Assembly (NCBI GenBank): GCA_963765675.1
Contig: CAVXXK010000006.1
Coordinates: 96,001 to 160,000 of the forward strand
Length of the DNA: 64,000 nucleotides
Direction of reading: 5' to 3'
Source: an uncultured delta proteobacterium
Lineage (GTDB): Bacteria; Desulfobacterota; Binatia; Binatales; Binataceae
A program made the position numbers and the translations under genes. A model generated the notes under the pieces. That model searched no databases. It was not told the DNA's origin and worked only from the letters and a program-made list of their open reading frames with translations. Shown in pieces: positions 41,730 to 51,734 of this stretch. Within the stretch, counting starts at the first letter, position 1, and every line of letters starts with the position of its first letter.

Positions 41730-44492
41730 ATGGCGACCAACAGTTTCGGCGCGCGTGCGACGCTCAAATCCGGCGGCAAATCCTGGACCATCCACAAGCT
41801 CGAAGCGCTCGAGCGCCGCGGCTTTGCCTTGTCGAAGATTCCTTTCTCGATCAGAGTGATGCTCGAAAACGTTCTGCGACGCGAAGACGGCGTCAACGTG
41901 ACCGCTGAGCAGGTCGAGACGCTGGCGAAGTGGGATGGCAAGCCCTCGCAACGCGAGATTTCATTTCGCCCCGCGCGCGTACTATTGCAGGATTTCACCG
42001 GCGTGCCGGTGGTTGCCGATCTGGCGGTCATGCGCGACGCGATCAAGCGCCTGGGCGGCGACCCGGCGAAGATAAATCCGCTCCAGCCGGTCGATCTCGT
42101 GATCGATCATTCGGTGCAGGTCGACGCGTACGGCAGCGCCGACGCGTTCGCGATCAACGCGCGCATGGAGTTCGAGCGCAACCGCGAGCGCTACTTGTTC
42201 CTGCGCTGGGGGCAGGGCGCGTTCGACGATTTTCGCGTCGTGCCGCCCGATACGGGAATCGTGCATCAGGTGAATCTCGAATATCTCGCGCCGGTGGTGT
42301 TCGGCTCGCGCGACGGCTCCGCCTATCCCGATACCGTTCTTGGCACCGACTCGCATACGACGATGATCAACGGTCTCGGCGTGGTCGGATGGGGCGTCGG
42401 CGGAATCGAGGCTGAGGCGGCGATGCTCGGGCGGTCGATTCCGATGCTGATCCCCGAGGTGATCGGGTTTCGCCTGCATGGCAGCATGCGTCCAGGCTCG
42501 ACCGCGACCGACCTGGTACTGACCGTCACTCAGATGCTGCGCAAGAAGGGCGTGGTCGGAAAGTTCGTCGAGTATTTTGGTCCTGGGCTTGGCACGCTTC
42601 CGGTCGCTGATCGCGCGACGCTCGGCAACATGTCGCCCGAGTACGGCGCCACGATCGGATTTTTCCCGGTCGACGATCAGACGCTCAAATATCTGCGCAT
42701 GAGCGGCCGCTCCGAGGAGCAGGTCGCGCTGGTCGAGGCTTACTGCAAGGAGCAGGGGCTGTTCCGCACCGAGGCGACACTGGAGCCGCATTTCTCCGAC
42801 GTGCTCGATCTCGATCTCGGGGAGGTCGAGCCGAGCCTCGCGGGTCCGCGGCGTCCGCAGGATCGCGTGCCGCTGCACGACTCCAAGATTACGTTCCGCC
42901 GCGACCTCGCCAAAGAAGTTGCGCATCATGTCACCGCGGATCCGAAGCTCGTCGAGCGCTGGGTTTCCGAGGGTGGGAATCCGGGCCTCGCTCCGCACGA
43001 ACGCGTGAATACCGCCGACCTTGGCCATCTGGCGCATAGCGTCGGCACGACTCACGGCGAGCACAAGTTCTCGCTAACGCACGGCTCGGTGATTATCGCG
43101 GCGATCACGAGCTGCACCAACACCTCGAATCCTTCAGTGATGGTCGCCGCCGGGTTGCTCGCGAAGAAAGCCGTTGCGCGCGGTCTCACCGTGCGGCCGT
43201 GGGTGAAGACCAGCCTCGCGCCCGGCTCGAAGGTCGTCACGCAATATCTGAAGCGGGCCGGGCTGCTCGAACCGCTGCAGAAGCTCAAGTTCAACCTGGT
43301 CGGCTATGGGTGCACGACCTGTATCGGCAACAGCGGCCCGATCGCTGAGGGCATCGCCGCCGCGGTCAAAAGCGGGAACCTGGTCGCCGCGGCGGTGCTG
43401 AGCGGAAATCGCAACTTCGAGGGGCGAATCAATCCGTCGGTGCGATTCAACTACCTCGCGTCGCCGCCGCTGGTGGTCGCCTACGCGATCGCCGGAACGA
43501 TGAATATCGATTTGAATCACGAGGCGCTCGGAACCGATTCGCAGGGCAAGCCGGTCTATCTGCGCGAGATTTGGCCGTCGGCCGAAGAGATCGCGAGCAC
43601 GGTCGCGAGCTCGCTCGACTCCGCGATGTTCCGCGGCGAGTACGGACAGGTGTTCGAGGGTGACGAAAGCTGGCGCAGCCTGGCGGTCCCCAAGGGCAAC
43701 CTTTTTCAATGGGAAAAGGATTCGGAGTACGTAAAGGCGCCGCCATTCTTTGACGGTATCACCGCGGAGCCGGGCAAATTCACCGATATTACGGGCGCGC
43801 GCGCGCTCGCGGTTCTGGGCGACAGCGTGACTACCGATCACATTTCGCCCGCCGGATCGATCGCATCAGACGGGCCCGCGGGAAAATATCTGATCGCGCA
43901 CGGCGTCAAGCCCGCCGACTTCAACTCCTACGGAGCGCGGCGCGGAAATCATGAAGTGATGATGCGCGGCACGTTCGCCAATATCCGGCTACGCAACCAG
44001 ATGGTCCCCGGCGTCGAGGGCGGCTTTACGACGCATCTGCCCGACGGCGAACAGATGACGATCTTCGATGCGTCAGAGCGCTATCGTAAAGAAGGCGTTG
44101 CGCTGATCGTGATCGCGGGCAAGGAATACGGCACCGGCTCGTCGCGCGATTGGGCGGCCAAGGGAACGTTGCTGCTCGGAGTGAAGGCGGTGATCGCGGA
44201 AAATTTCGAGCGGATTCATCGCAGCAATCTGATCGGGATGGGCGTGCTCGCGCTCGAGTTCCTGCCCGGCGAGAACCGCGAATCGCTGGGACTCACCGGG
44301 CGCGAGGTTTACTCGATTAGCGGGACCAGCGGCGGTATCAAGCAGCGCCAGCGCCTGACCGTGCGCGCGGAAGAAGCGGGCAAGACCAAACAGTTCGAGG
44401 TCATCTCGCGAGTCGATACTCCCGAGGAGATCGAGTACATCCGGCACGGCGGAATTCTGCCATTCGTGTTGCGCGAGCTGCTGCGCGCCTGA
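41730..44492 (+). CDS. acnA: Aconitate hydratase A
   Basis: LQDFTGVP, IDHSVQVD, GTDSHT, ITSCTNTSNP, GCTTCIGNSG, GSSRDWAAKG. Confidence 0.97.
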   Translation: MATNSFGARATLKSGGKSWTIHKLEALERRGFALSKIPFSIRVMLENVLRREDGVNVTAEQVETLAKWDGKPSQREISFRPARVLLQDFTGVPVVADLAVMRDAIKRLGGDPAKINPLQPVDLVIDHSVQVDAYGSADAFAINARMEFERNRERYLFLRWGQGAFDDFRVVPPDTGIVHQVNLEYLAPVVFGSRDGSAYPDTVLGTDSHTTMINGLGVVGWGVGGIEAEAAMLGRSIPMLIPEVIGFRLHGSMRPGSTATDLVLTVTQMLRKKGVVGKFVEYFGPGLGTLPVADRATLGNMSPEYGATIGFFPVDDQTLKYLRMSGRSEEQVALVEAYCKEQGLFRTEATLEPHFSDVLDLDLGEVEPSLAGPRRPQDRVPLHDSKITFRRDLAKEVAHHVTADPKLVERWVSEGGNPGLAPHERVNTADLGHLAHSVGTTHGEHKFSLTHGSVIIAAITSCTNTSNPSVMVAAGLLAKKAVARGLTVRPWVKTSLAPGSKVVTQYLKRAGLLEPLQKLKFNLVGYGCTTCIGNSGPIAEGIAAAVKSGNLVAAAVLSGNRNFEGRINPSVRFNYLASPPLVVAYAIAGTMNIDLNHEALGTDSQGKPVYLREIWPSAEEIASTVASSLDSAMFRGEYGQVFEGDESWRSLAVPKGNLFQWEKDSEYVKAPPFFDGITAEPGKFTDITGARALAVLGDSVTTDHISPAGSIASDGPAGKYLIAHGVKPADFNSYGARRGNHEVMMRGTFANIRLRNQMVPGVEGGFTTHLPDGEQMTIFDASERYRKEGVALIVIAGKEYGTGSSRDWAAKGTLLLGVKAVIAENFERIHRSNLIGMGVLALEFLPGENRESLGLTGREVYSISGTSGGIKQRQRLTVRAEEAGKTKQFEVISRVDTPEEIEYIRHGGILPFVLRELLRA

Positions 44493-45572
44493 TCACGCCG
44501 GCTGCGCAGCCATCTCGAGGCGTACGCGCTCTCCGCTCTTTCGCTCGGCGAAGCGCGATAGTAAACGAATCACGCCGGGAGTCACTTCGGACATCGCCTC
44601 GGGCCTGTAGCCCTGCGATTCGGCGCCGCGCGCCTGCATCATCCCCATCATCGAAAGCCGCAGCATCGCGGCCACCGCCTGGCAGTAGCGGAAGCGCTCG
44701 AAATCGAGCCGGTTCATCGCGTGATACAGCGGCACATAAAGTCCGGCGAACGACGTCCGCAGCGTGTTGCCGACAGCGTTGTCGCGGATCCATCGTGGAT
44801 GATCGAATGCCGACGAAGAGAGAATCGCCGCTGTCATCCCGGCGTCGAGATGGCGGTCGCCCACGTCGGTATTGACCCAATCGATGACGCCGGAAAGATG
44901 CGTCGCGCGCACGACGACGTTTCTCGGATGGTAATCCATGTGGATCAGCGAGGGTTCAGCAACCCGATATGCGCCGGCGCGGGCGCTGAGCCGTCCGAGC
45001 GCATCGCGCAGCCCGGGCAGCGGACCTTTCTCGACGCGGTCCGCGATAATCGCAAGCGCGCGATCGAGCATCGGCGTTCCCGGCGTGGTCAGCCCGGTTT
45101 CGTAGGCGCGCGGGATATCGCGCAGCCGGGAGTCCTGCGGATTCATCCGATGCAGCTTCACCTGCGCGCGCACGAAGCCGAAAAACCCCAGCGAGAAAGT
45201 TTTGAACGCCTCGGGAAAGCTGCGGGTCGTGAACAGCGGACCGCCGTCGAGGCGCTGCATCACCAGGAACGGCGCTCCGAGCGCGGAATGATCCAGCTCG
45301 AAGGCGTAAGGATGCGGAACGGGAAAGCCCGCCGCGGAGAGGCGCTCGATAGTCATGCTCTCACGCGTGCCTTTATCGTCCGCCTGCGCTCCCTGGTAGA
45401 AGCGCAGGACGAGAAGCGCTCCTACTGGAATCTCGCGAAAGCGAGGCGACGCGCTGCCGAGCGTGAACTCAAACACGGTGGTCTCCCATCCACTTGCGAG
45501 CACACGCAGGCTTGCGAGACGGGTGTCGAGATAGGCGGCCAGTCGGACGCCAATGTCGTGGAGATCGATCAT
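44493..45572 (-). CDS. Aminoglycoside phosphotransferase-family kinase
   Basis: LASGWET, GAPFLVM, HMDYHPRN, VIDW. Confidence 0.8.
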   Translation of the reverse strand: MIDLHDIGVRLAAYLDTRLASLRVLASGWETTVFEFTLGSASPRFREIPVGALLVLRFYQGAQADDKGTRESMTIERLSAAGFPVPHPYAFELDHSALGAPFLVMQRLDGGPLFTTRSFPEAFKTFSLGFFGFVRAQVKLHRMNPQDSRLRDIPRAYETGLTTPGTPMLDRALAIIADRVEKGPLPGLRDALGRLSARAGAYRVAEPSLIHMDYHPRNVVVRATHLSGVIDWVNTDVGDRHLDAGMTAAILSSSAFDHPRWIRDNAVGNTLRTSFAGLYVPLYHAMNRLDFERFRYCQAVAAMLRLSMMGMMQARGAESQGYRPEAMSEVTPGVIRLLSRFAERKSGERVRLEMAAQPA

Positions 45573-45670
45573 TGAGAAGCGGCGCGCATCGTATGCGCAG
45601 TCATCGAAGGCTAATACATCGGACCGGTCGAAGGCAATTCACCTGACACGCGTGTCAGGCCGGAAGCGTC

Positions 45671-46870
45671 CTATTGGTCGTGATGAAACAAGCCGTGCAG
45701 GAATTGGCGATGCTGCCCAGCGGGAGGTTGTTGCCGACCCTGCGGGTCGGGCGACGGCATCGGCTGCTCTTTGAGCGATTCGTTCGGTGAAGTGGTGCCG
45801 TTGTGCTCGAAGTGTCCCTGGACCAGCGAGGACAGGAGCGAGCCGCGCGTGTTGCCGATGTTGATCGAGACCTCGACCGACAATCCCAGGCGCAGCGGCT
45901 TGTCGGTGGGAATATCCTGGTCGAAAACAATCTTGACCGGCACGCGCTGCACCACCTTGACCCAGTTGCCAGTCGCGTTTTCGGGCGGCAGCAGCGAGAA
46001 CGCGGCGCCGGTGCCCATGCTGATCGAATCGACGTGTCCGTGGTAAATGTAGCCGGGGTAGATATCAGCCTCGACGGTTGCCTGCTGGCCGACACGCACG
46101 TCGGTTAGCTGCGTCTCCTTGAAGTTGGCGGTGACGTACAGATGCTTCAGCGGCACCACCGCCATCAGCGGTTCGCCGACCTGCACGCGATGGCCGATAT
46201 GGACGGTCTTGTGGGTTACGATTCCCGCGAACGGCGCGTAGATTTTCGTATAGGCAAGATCGAGCTTGGCCGCTTCCAGAGCCGCCTCGGCCTGCTTCAC
46301 GATCGGTCGGTCGTAGCGCGAGTGATCGGCCTCGTCCACTTCGGCGCCAAGTGCGGCCTGTGACTGGGTGAGCTGATGCTCCGCCAGCGCGGAATTGGCG
46401 CTTGCCACTTTGAGCGCGGTCTCGGCCTGATCGTAATACTCGGCGGAAACGATACCTTGCGCCTTAAGCGCCTTGGCCCGGGCCCAATCTATTTTCGCCT
46501 GGTTGAGCTGGCTTGCCGCCAGACGCACGCCCGATTGGGCTGCGTCGACGCCGGCGTACATCTCGTCCACCGATTGGTGGGCGCGCGCAAGCTGCGCGCG
46601 GGCCTGCTCGACCCGGACCTCGTAGTCGCGCGGATCCAGAGTGAGCAGCAATTCGCCCTCGGTAACCGTCCAGTTATCTTCGACGTAGAGATTGGTCACG
46701 GTTCCGGAGATGCGCGAGGAAACCAGCGCGACGGTTCCATCGACGTAGGCGTCGTCGGTCGAGACGTGGCTTTCGAAGTAGTGATAGTAGTGGACTGCGG
46801 GCACGACTGCCGCGGCAATCGCGATAATTACTATCACCAGCAGAACGCGGCGAAATAGAGAGGATCTCAT
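45671..46870 (-). CDS. EmrA/HlyD-family membrane fusion protein
   Basis: STDDAYV, ANFKETQL, GTGAAFSLLPPENATGNWVKVVQRVPV. Confidence 0.92.
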   Translation of the reverse strand: MRSSLFRRVLLVIVIIAIAAAVVPAVHYYHYFESHVSTDDAYVDGTVALVSSRISGTVTNLYVEDNWTVTEGELLLTLDPRDYEVRVEQARAQLARAHQSVDEMYAGVDAAQSGVRLAASQLNQAKIDWARAKALKAQGIVSAEYYDQAETALKVASANSALAEHQLTQSQAALGAEVDEADHSRYDRPIVKQAEAALEAAKLDLAYTKIYAPFAGIVTHKTVHIGHRVQVGEPLMAVVPLKHLYVTANFKETQLTDVRVGQQATVEADIYPGYIYHGHVDSISMGTGAAFSLLPPENATGNWVKVVQRVPVKIVFDQDIPTDKPLRLGLSVEVSINIGNTRGSLLSSLVQGHFEHNGTTSPNESLKEQPMPSPDPQGRQQPPAGQHRQFLHGLFHHDQ

Positions 46871-47036
46871 ACAGATTCGGAAACTAAAAAAGAGCCAAGC
46901 CTGCGGCTACTTACCGTCCGCGTTGGTGCATTGAACGGCTAAGTATTCCGAAAAAGCCGGTCTGTCAATTGGATTCGATATACGCGCGAGGCGCACTGGG
47001 TCAGTGCTACGGCGATGCGCGACAAAGTCTCGGTCA

Positions 47037-47741
47037 TCATGGCTGGCGAATTATCACGTTAGGAAAGCCCTGTGCGGTCGCGACGATCACGCCATTGAAG
47101 CTCATATTGATCGCAAACGGCCCGAAGCTCTGAACCTGGGTAAAGTTTCCATCGATCTTTCCGTTGGGTGAATCGAACAGGAACAGCGCGGGCACCCGCT
47201 GGTTGATGGCAAAACCGACCTTCGAGTCCTCGATTAATCCTGTGAACCGTTCGCCCAATGGGCCGTACACGAAAATCCGCAGGTCGGGCGACGCCTTCGG
47301 CGCGATTGCCGTCAGCGACGCGCCGGTTTGAATCGTGACCGTGCCGTACGGCGCGGTGGTGGATGAGGCGGAGACTACATGAAACCCGTTGGCAGCCTGC
47401 AGGCTCAGCAGGCTCGCGTCATTCGAGAGCTTGGTGGCGACCAGCCGCGCCGGCGTGAGCCCATTGGTAGTGAGCGGATTATTGATGATCGTGACATTGA
47501 GCGGAATGTTGCCCTGGACCTGCCACGACGACCGCGAATTCGAAATCAGCAGCGTAAACGGCGTTCCCACCGTTCCGAGGACCTTGAAGATGGTCTCGGG
47601 CGCCGTGGGTGGCGTATTGCCGACAAAGCCGGAGACTCCGGTAGAACTGGCGTTGCACGCCGGCAGCGTGACGATCCACGCCAGCACCAGCGCCAGCCGG
47701 ATTCGGCCCCGGACATTTGCTGTCAGCCGATTCACAAGCAT
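47037..47741 (-). CDS. Hypothetical lipoprotein
   Basis: Signal peptide with lipobox-like TLPAC; beta-rich; starts 2 nt after the stop of the upstream gene. Confidence 0.6.
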   Translation of the reverse strand: MLVNRLTANVRGRIRLALVLAWIVTLPACNASSTGVSGFVGNTPPTAPETIFKVLGTVGTPFTLLISNSRSSWQVQGNIPLNVTIINNPLTTNGLTPARLVATKLSNDASLLSLQAANGFHVVSASSTTAPYGTVTIQTGASLTAIAPKASPDLRIFVYGPLGERFTGLIEDSKVGFAINQRVPALFLFDSPNGKIDGNFTQVQSFGPFAINMSFNGVIVATAQGFPNVIIRQP

Positions 47742-47743
47742 GC

Positions 47744-49894
47744 TCAGAACGGCGTCGCCGAGGTGTTACTGCAGATGCCCGGGCAGGTCGAACTGCCGGC
47801 ATCCTGGCAAGTCGTCGGACACGGAGTCGGCGAGCTCGACGGCACTGGCAGGGGAGGCGGGACCACCGTGATCGACTGCGTTGCAACCGCCGTAGGACTC
47901 TCGACCGGTGTGGCGCCTTCGTACCTGGTCAGCGTGTAGGTATCGGGAGGAACACAGAACGTGTAGCCGTTGCCGACCAGAGGGTTAGGATTGCCAGAGC
48001 CGGGATTGAGCAGAGAGACCGGCGCCGCCGAATAGAGCTGCACATCTCCGGTATCATTATAGTTCTTGGAGATCTCGACGAAGGTGTTGATATCCGGGTT
48101 GTTCAGGATTCCGCTGATACTGCCGTGGCCGATGCAGTCCATGGTCTCGGCGCTCGGGAACAGCGTATCGTCCGGTGGAGGAACCGTCGTACAGTAAACA
48201 GTCGGCGCCGCGATATTCGCAGCCGTGATGATGTTGTGCCCCGGGTACGGATCGCTCGCGCCCGCGTAGAGATCGATCGCCTGCGCGAACAGGTCGAGGT
48301 TCGCCGCCCCCTGGATATTCGACGGCGGCGCGCCCGCCTGGTTGGCCGGAACGTTGATCGTGAACGTTGCGCTGTCGTTTCCGGGCCGGATGATCAGCGG
48401 ACTGGTCAGAGCGCTGACCAGGTTGTTGGTTCCTTGGTTCTCGGCGAACACCTGGACCATCGTGTAGGTACCGGCGGCGGGCGCCGCAGCTAAATTGAGC
48501 GAGCCGGTAAGATAGGAAGTAGGCAGCGCATAGTCGCATGAGGGTGGCGAGGTACTGTCGGCGCATTTGCCGCCGGTTTTCTTGGTGGTGGCGAAGACGT
48601 CGTTATCGACGATCGAATTATATCCAGGCGCTGAGATCTCCATCGTGTAGGGCGAGGAAGATGGGTTGACCGGAACGTCGGAAAATGGCGCCGGCGTGGT
48701 GACGGTTCCGGGCAAAGGGTAGGTGCCCGAATTGCCGGTGTTCGCCGTGGCGACGCTGACGCAGTCCGTCGGAGCCGTCTGGCAATCCGCAGTCAGATTT
48801 GAGTCAGGAGGCACCAGCAGTTGCAGCGTTGCGCCAACCAGTGGCGCTTTGGAACACATGTCGGTGATCGTACCTGCGAGGTTGCCCTGGGTGCTCATGA
48901 CCTTGGTGGGAGTGAAGTTCACCGTGGGCGAGGCGCCCGCAAAAAGACCATTGATCCGGGTCCCTTCGTAGGAAACTCCGCCGCCGGAGATGTACATGTC
49001 GTACGACGCGCCTGCGCCGCTGCCAGGAGGAGGAGCGGGCACCGCGATCGAATACTTGCTGTTGATCACATTGGCGAAAGCGATCACGTTGTTGGTGCCT
49101 TGCTGCTCGACGCTCAGTGTGAGCCTGCGAACTTTCTTCTTCTGAACCCCCGAGCCCGCTCCCGTGACCGTCCCGGAGATGGTCGCCTCGTAGGCCTGGG
49201 GTGACACCTGAGCAATCGTCACCGTGCCGACGTAGGGTTGACCCTGGATGGTGGGCAGGTTGTTGATCTGGAAATTGAGCTGCAACGCGAGCGTCGTCAC
49301 GGCCTGTTTCTGCACCACGATAGGGTTGGTGGCGATAAACGATATCTGGTTGGACGGATTATTGAGCACCAGCGGAGTCGCGGCGCAGCCCTCGAGAGTG
49401 GTTCCGGTGACCGACGAGCAGACCGGAACCACGTAGCCGGGGTTGGTCGTGTCGAGCGACAACTCGACGCTGTGATAGGTTTCGGTCCGGGCTTTACCGG
49501 TGTTGAAAAGCTGCAGTTGAGTTCGGCCGGCCAGCAGATCGATCTGCAAGTCGCCGGGGCGCCCGGCGTTCCCAACCCCGGTGCCCGACGGGATTGTGAT
49601 CGTCACCCATTTGGGATTGTCTTCGGGCGGGAACTTGGTGCTGCTGCCGGTTGGTTTAGGATTCAGCCGCACCGCAACCACGTTTACGAAGATATGCTGG
49701 AGGTTCGGGGTCGGCTCGCTGGCCGGAAACTGGAGATTGGCGACGAACCCCACTTGCACCAGTCCATTGTTGCCGATGGCATTGGAGAGCTGCGCACGCG
49801 CGCGGCCGTCCATCGAGCCAACGAGCACCAGGCAGATAAGCAGGACCGGCGCGATCAGCGCCGCCACAGCCGAGCAGGTACGTAACTTCTTCAC
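47744..49894 (-). CDS. Large exported Thr/Pro/Cys-rich beta-sandwich protein (DUF4382-like N-terminus, carboxypeptidase-regulatory-like repeats)
   Basis: Signal peptide; HIFVNVVAVRLN...WVTI...IDLL; ISGTVTG, LAGTITD...GATLQL, YTMEISAPGY; many Cys. Confidence 0.6.
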   Translation of the reverse strand: MKKLRTCSAVAALIAPVLLICLVLVGSMDGRARAQLSNAIGNNGLVQVGFVANLQFPASEPTPNLQHIFVNVVAVRLNPKPTGSSTKFPPEDNPKWVTITIPSGTGVGNAGRPGDLQIDLLAGRTQLQLFNTGKARTETYHSVELSLDTTNPGYVVPVCSSVTGTTLEGCAATPLVLNNPSNQISFIATNPIVVQKQAVTTLALQLNFQINNLPTIQGQPYVGTVTIAQVSPQAYEATISGTVTGAGSGVQKKKVRRLTLSVEQQGTNNVIAFANVINSKYSIAVPAPPPGSGAGASYDMYISGGGVSYEGTRINGLFAGASPTVNFTPTKVMSTQGNLAGTITDMCSKAPLVGATLQLLVPPDSNLTADCQTAPTDCVSVATANTGNSGTYPLPGTVTTPAPFSDVPVNPSSSPYTMEISAPGYNSIVDNDVFATTKKTGGKCADSTSPPSCDYALPTSYLTGSLNLAAAPAAGTYTMVQVFAENQGTNNLVSALTSPLIIRPGNDSATFTINVPANQAGAPPSNIQGAANLDLFAQAIDLYAGASDPYPGHNIITAANIAAPTVYCTTVPPPDDTLFPSAETMDCIGHGSISGILNNPDINTFVEISKNYNDTGDVQLYSAAPVSLLNPGSGNPNPLVGNGYTFCVPPDTYTLTRYEGATPVESPTAVATQSITVVPPPLPVPSSSPTPCPTTCQDAGSSTCPGICSNTSATPF

Positions 49895-50052
49895 TCGATA
49901 ACCGTATGCAAAGAGAATTGGTAAAAGATTTCGGATAACCTAGCGTATCCACGAAGGCAATGAAACACAATTTCAAGACGTGTGTGGCGGCCATTCGGTT
50001 CGTTCGCGGTATTGACTGACCGCGGGGTCGATCCGGAGAATCATTCCCAAGC

Positions 50053-51702
50053 ATGACCTCGATTCAAAATCGCCTCGTCGTCCGCCTGCTGGCCATCTGC
50101 GCGTTCGGCTGCGCGATGATGATCGCACCCGCGGCGCGCGCGACGCTGCAGCTCTCGATCGGCAACCCGGGCCTCGAGCACTTCGACAGCGACGGCGGCG
50201 TGCAGATCGATTTCGGCCTGACCGATTCCAACGGGCAGCCGGTCGGAAATCTCCAGCCCGACAACGTGAAAGTCTTCGAGGACGGCAAGCAGGCCAAGAT
50301 TGTCGATTTCCGCGGAGTAGGGCAGGGGCGACCGGTCGATATCGTGTTCGTGCTCGACGTCACCGAATCGATGCAGCCGTATATCGACGCGGTCAAGCAG
50401 AACATCATCACCTTCGCGCAGGATTTGCAGTCCAATAGCCGCGACTATCGCCTTGGCCTCGTGACCTTCGAAGATTACGTGGTCTCGCAATATCCCGATT
50501 GCAACTGCCCGTATCGCAACAAGATGACCTCGAACGTGCATGAGTTCACCGACTGGGTGAGCGGCCTGCATGCGGGCGGCGGCGGCGATATCCCCGAAGA
50601 TCAGCTCGACGCTCTCGCCTATGCCGCGTCGTTTCCGTTCCGTCCGGAAGCCGAGGGCATCATCATTATCGTGACCGACGCGCCGCCGCATCATGATGGC
50701 GACGGGTCCGAGAACACACAGCACGACCAGGCTTTCTGGGATCATCACAAACGCGGCGAGCAAGTCACCTCCGAGACCGGCACCAAGGTTGCCGCATTGC
50801 TCAAGAAAAATGGACTCACCCTTTACGCGGTCGTGCCGCCGCCGTTCATCGCGCCCGAGTATCAGGAGATCGTCGATGCGACCCACGGCAAGTCCTACAA
50901 CATCATCACCGAGGAAGGACGCTTCGCGTCGCTGGTGCGGGAGATCGGTCATTCGATTGCGACGGAATATTCGCTGACCTATGAAACCCCGCGGCCGATC
51001 GAAGACGGCACCAATCGCGCCGTTGAGTTGCAAGTGACCTTCAACGGCGAGACCGCGACCACCAACACCAGCTACCAGGTGCGCGGAATCGGCGGCGCCG
51101 CGATCAATGAGCCCGAGGGCAGCACCGGCGCCGCAGGCGCCAACACTACGGGAACGGGCCTGAACCAGCTTTCGTTCAGATGGTGGAATGGCGCGGTGCC
51201 GCTGATCGCGATCCTTGGATTGTTCGGGCTGTCGCGAATCCGTTTCGGCGTCTCGACGGAAGAGCTCAAGGCTATCGTCGAGGCGCAGTCGCGTCCGATA
51301 CCTCCTGCCGCCGCTCAACGCACCGTTGCGCGACCCTCTTCGGCGCCGATATCGCCGCGGACCGCGCCACCCTCGCCGCCCACGGCGTCCTCGGGCGCGG
51401 GAGGATCGAGCGGTGCAAGACTCCAGACGATGAACGCAGCGGGTCCGGTTGCTTCCGAGTACGCGCTGCTCAAGGACGAGGTCACGCTCGGGCGCGGCGA
51501 GGATAACGATATTGTGATCCCGCACGCCAGCATCTCGCGCGCGCACGCGCGTCTGCTAAGGCGCAACGGCGGATTCGAGCTGATGGATTTGAACTCGACC
51601 AACGGCACCTTCGTTGACGATCGCCAGATTCACGGCTCCGCCTTTTTGAGCAGCGGCAGCCAGGTGCGGCTGGGCGATATCAAGTTCGTCCTGCGCTACT
51701 GA
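50053..51702 (+). CDS. Membrane protein with extracytoplasmic VWA and cytoplasmic FHA domains
   Basis: Signal peptide, DIVFVLDVTESM (MIDAS), GGGGDIPE, VTDAPPH, TM helix, Pro-rich linker, LGRGEDND...SISRAHA...DLNSTNGTFV. Confidence 0.88.
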   Translation: MTSIQNRLVVRLLAICAFGCAMMIAPAARATLQLSIGNPGLEHFDSDGGVQIDFGLTDSNGQPVGNLQPDNVKVFEDGKQAKIVDFRGVGQGRPVDIVFVLDVTESMQPYIDAVKQNIITFAQDLQSNSRDYRLGLVTFEDYVVSQYPDCNCPYRNKMTSNVHEFTDWVSGLHAGGGGDIPEDQLDALAYAASFPFRPEAEGIIIIVTDAPPHHDGDGSENTQHDQAFWDHHKRGEQVTSETGTKVAALLKKNGLTLYAVVPPPFIAPEYQEIVDATHGKSYNIITEEGRFASLVREIGHSIATEYSLTYETPRPIEDGTNRAVELQVTFNGETATTNTSYQVRGIGGAAINEPEGSTGAAGANTTGTGLNQLSFRWWNGAVPLIAILGLFGLSRIRFGVSTEELKAIVEAQSRPIPPAAAQRTVARPSSAPISPRTAPPSPPTASSGAGGSSGARLQTMNAAGPVASEYALLKDEVTLGRGEDNDIVIPHASISRAHARLLRRNGGFELMDLNSTNGTFVDDRQIHGSAFLSSGSQVRLGDIKFVLRY

Positions 51703-51734
51703 GCGCTCGCGCAATCTGTCCGTCGCGCACCCGC

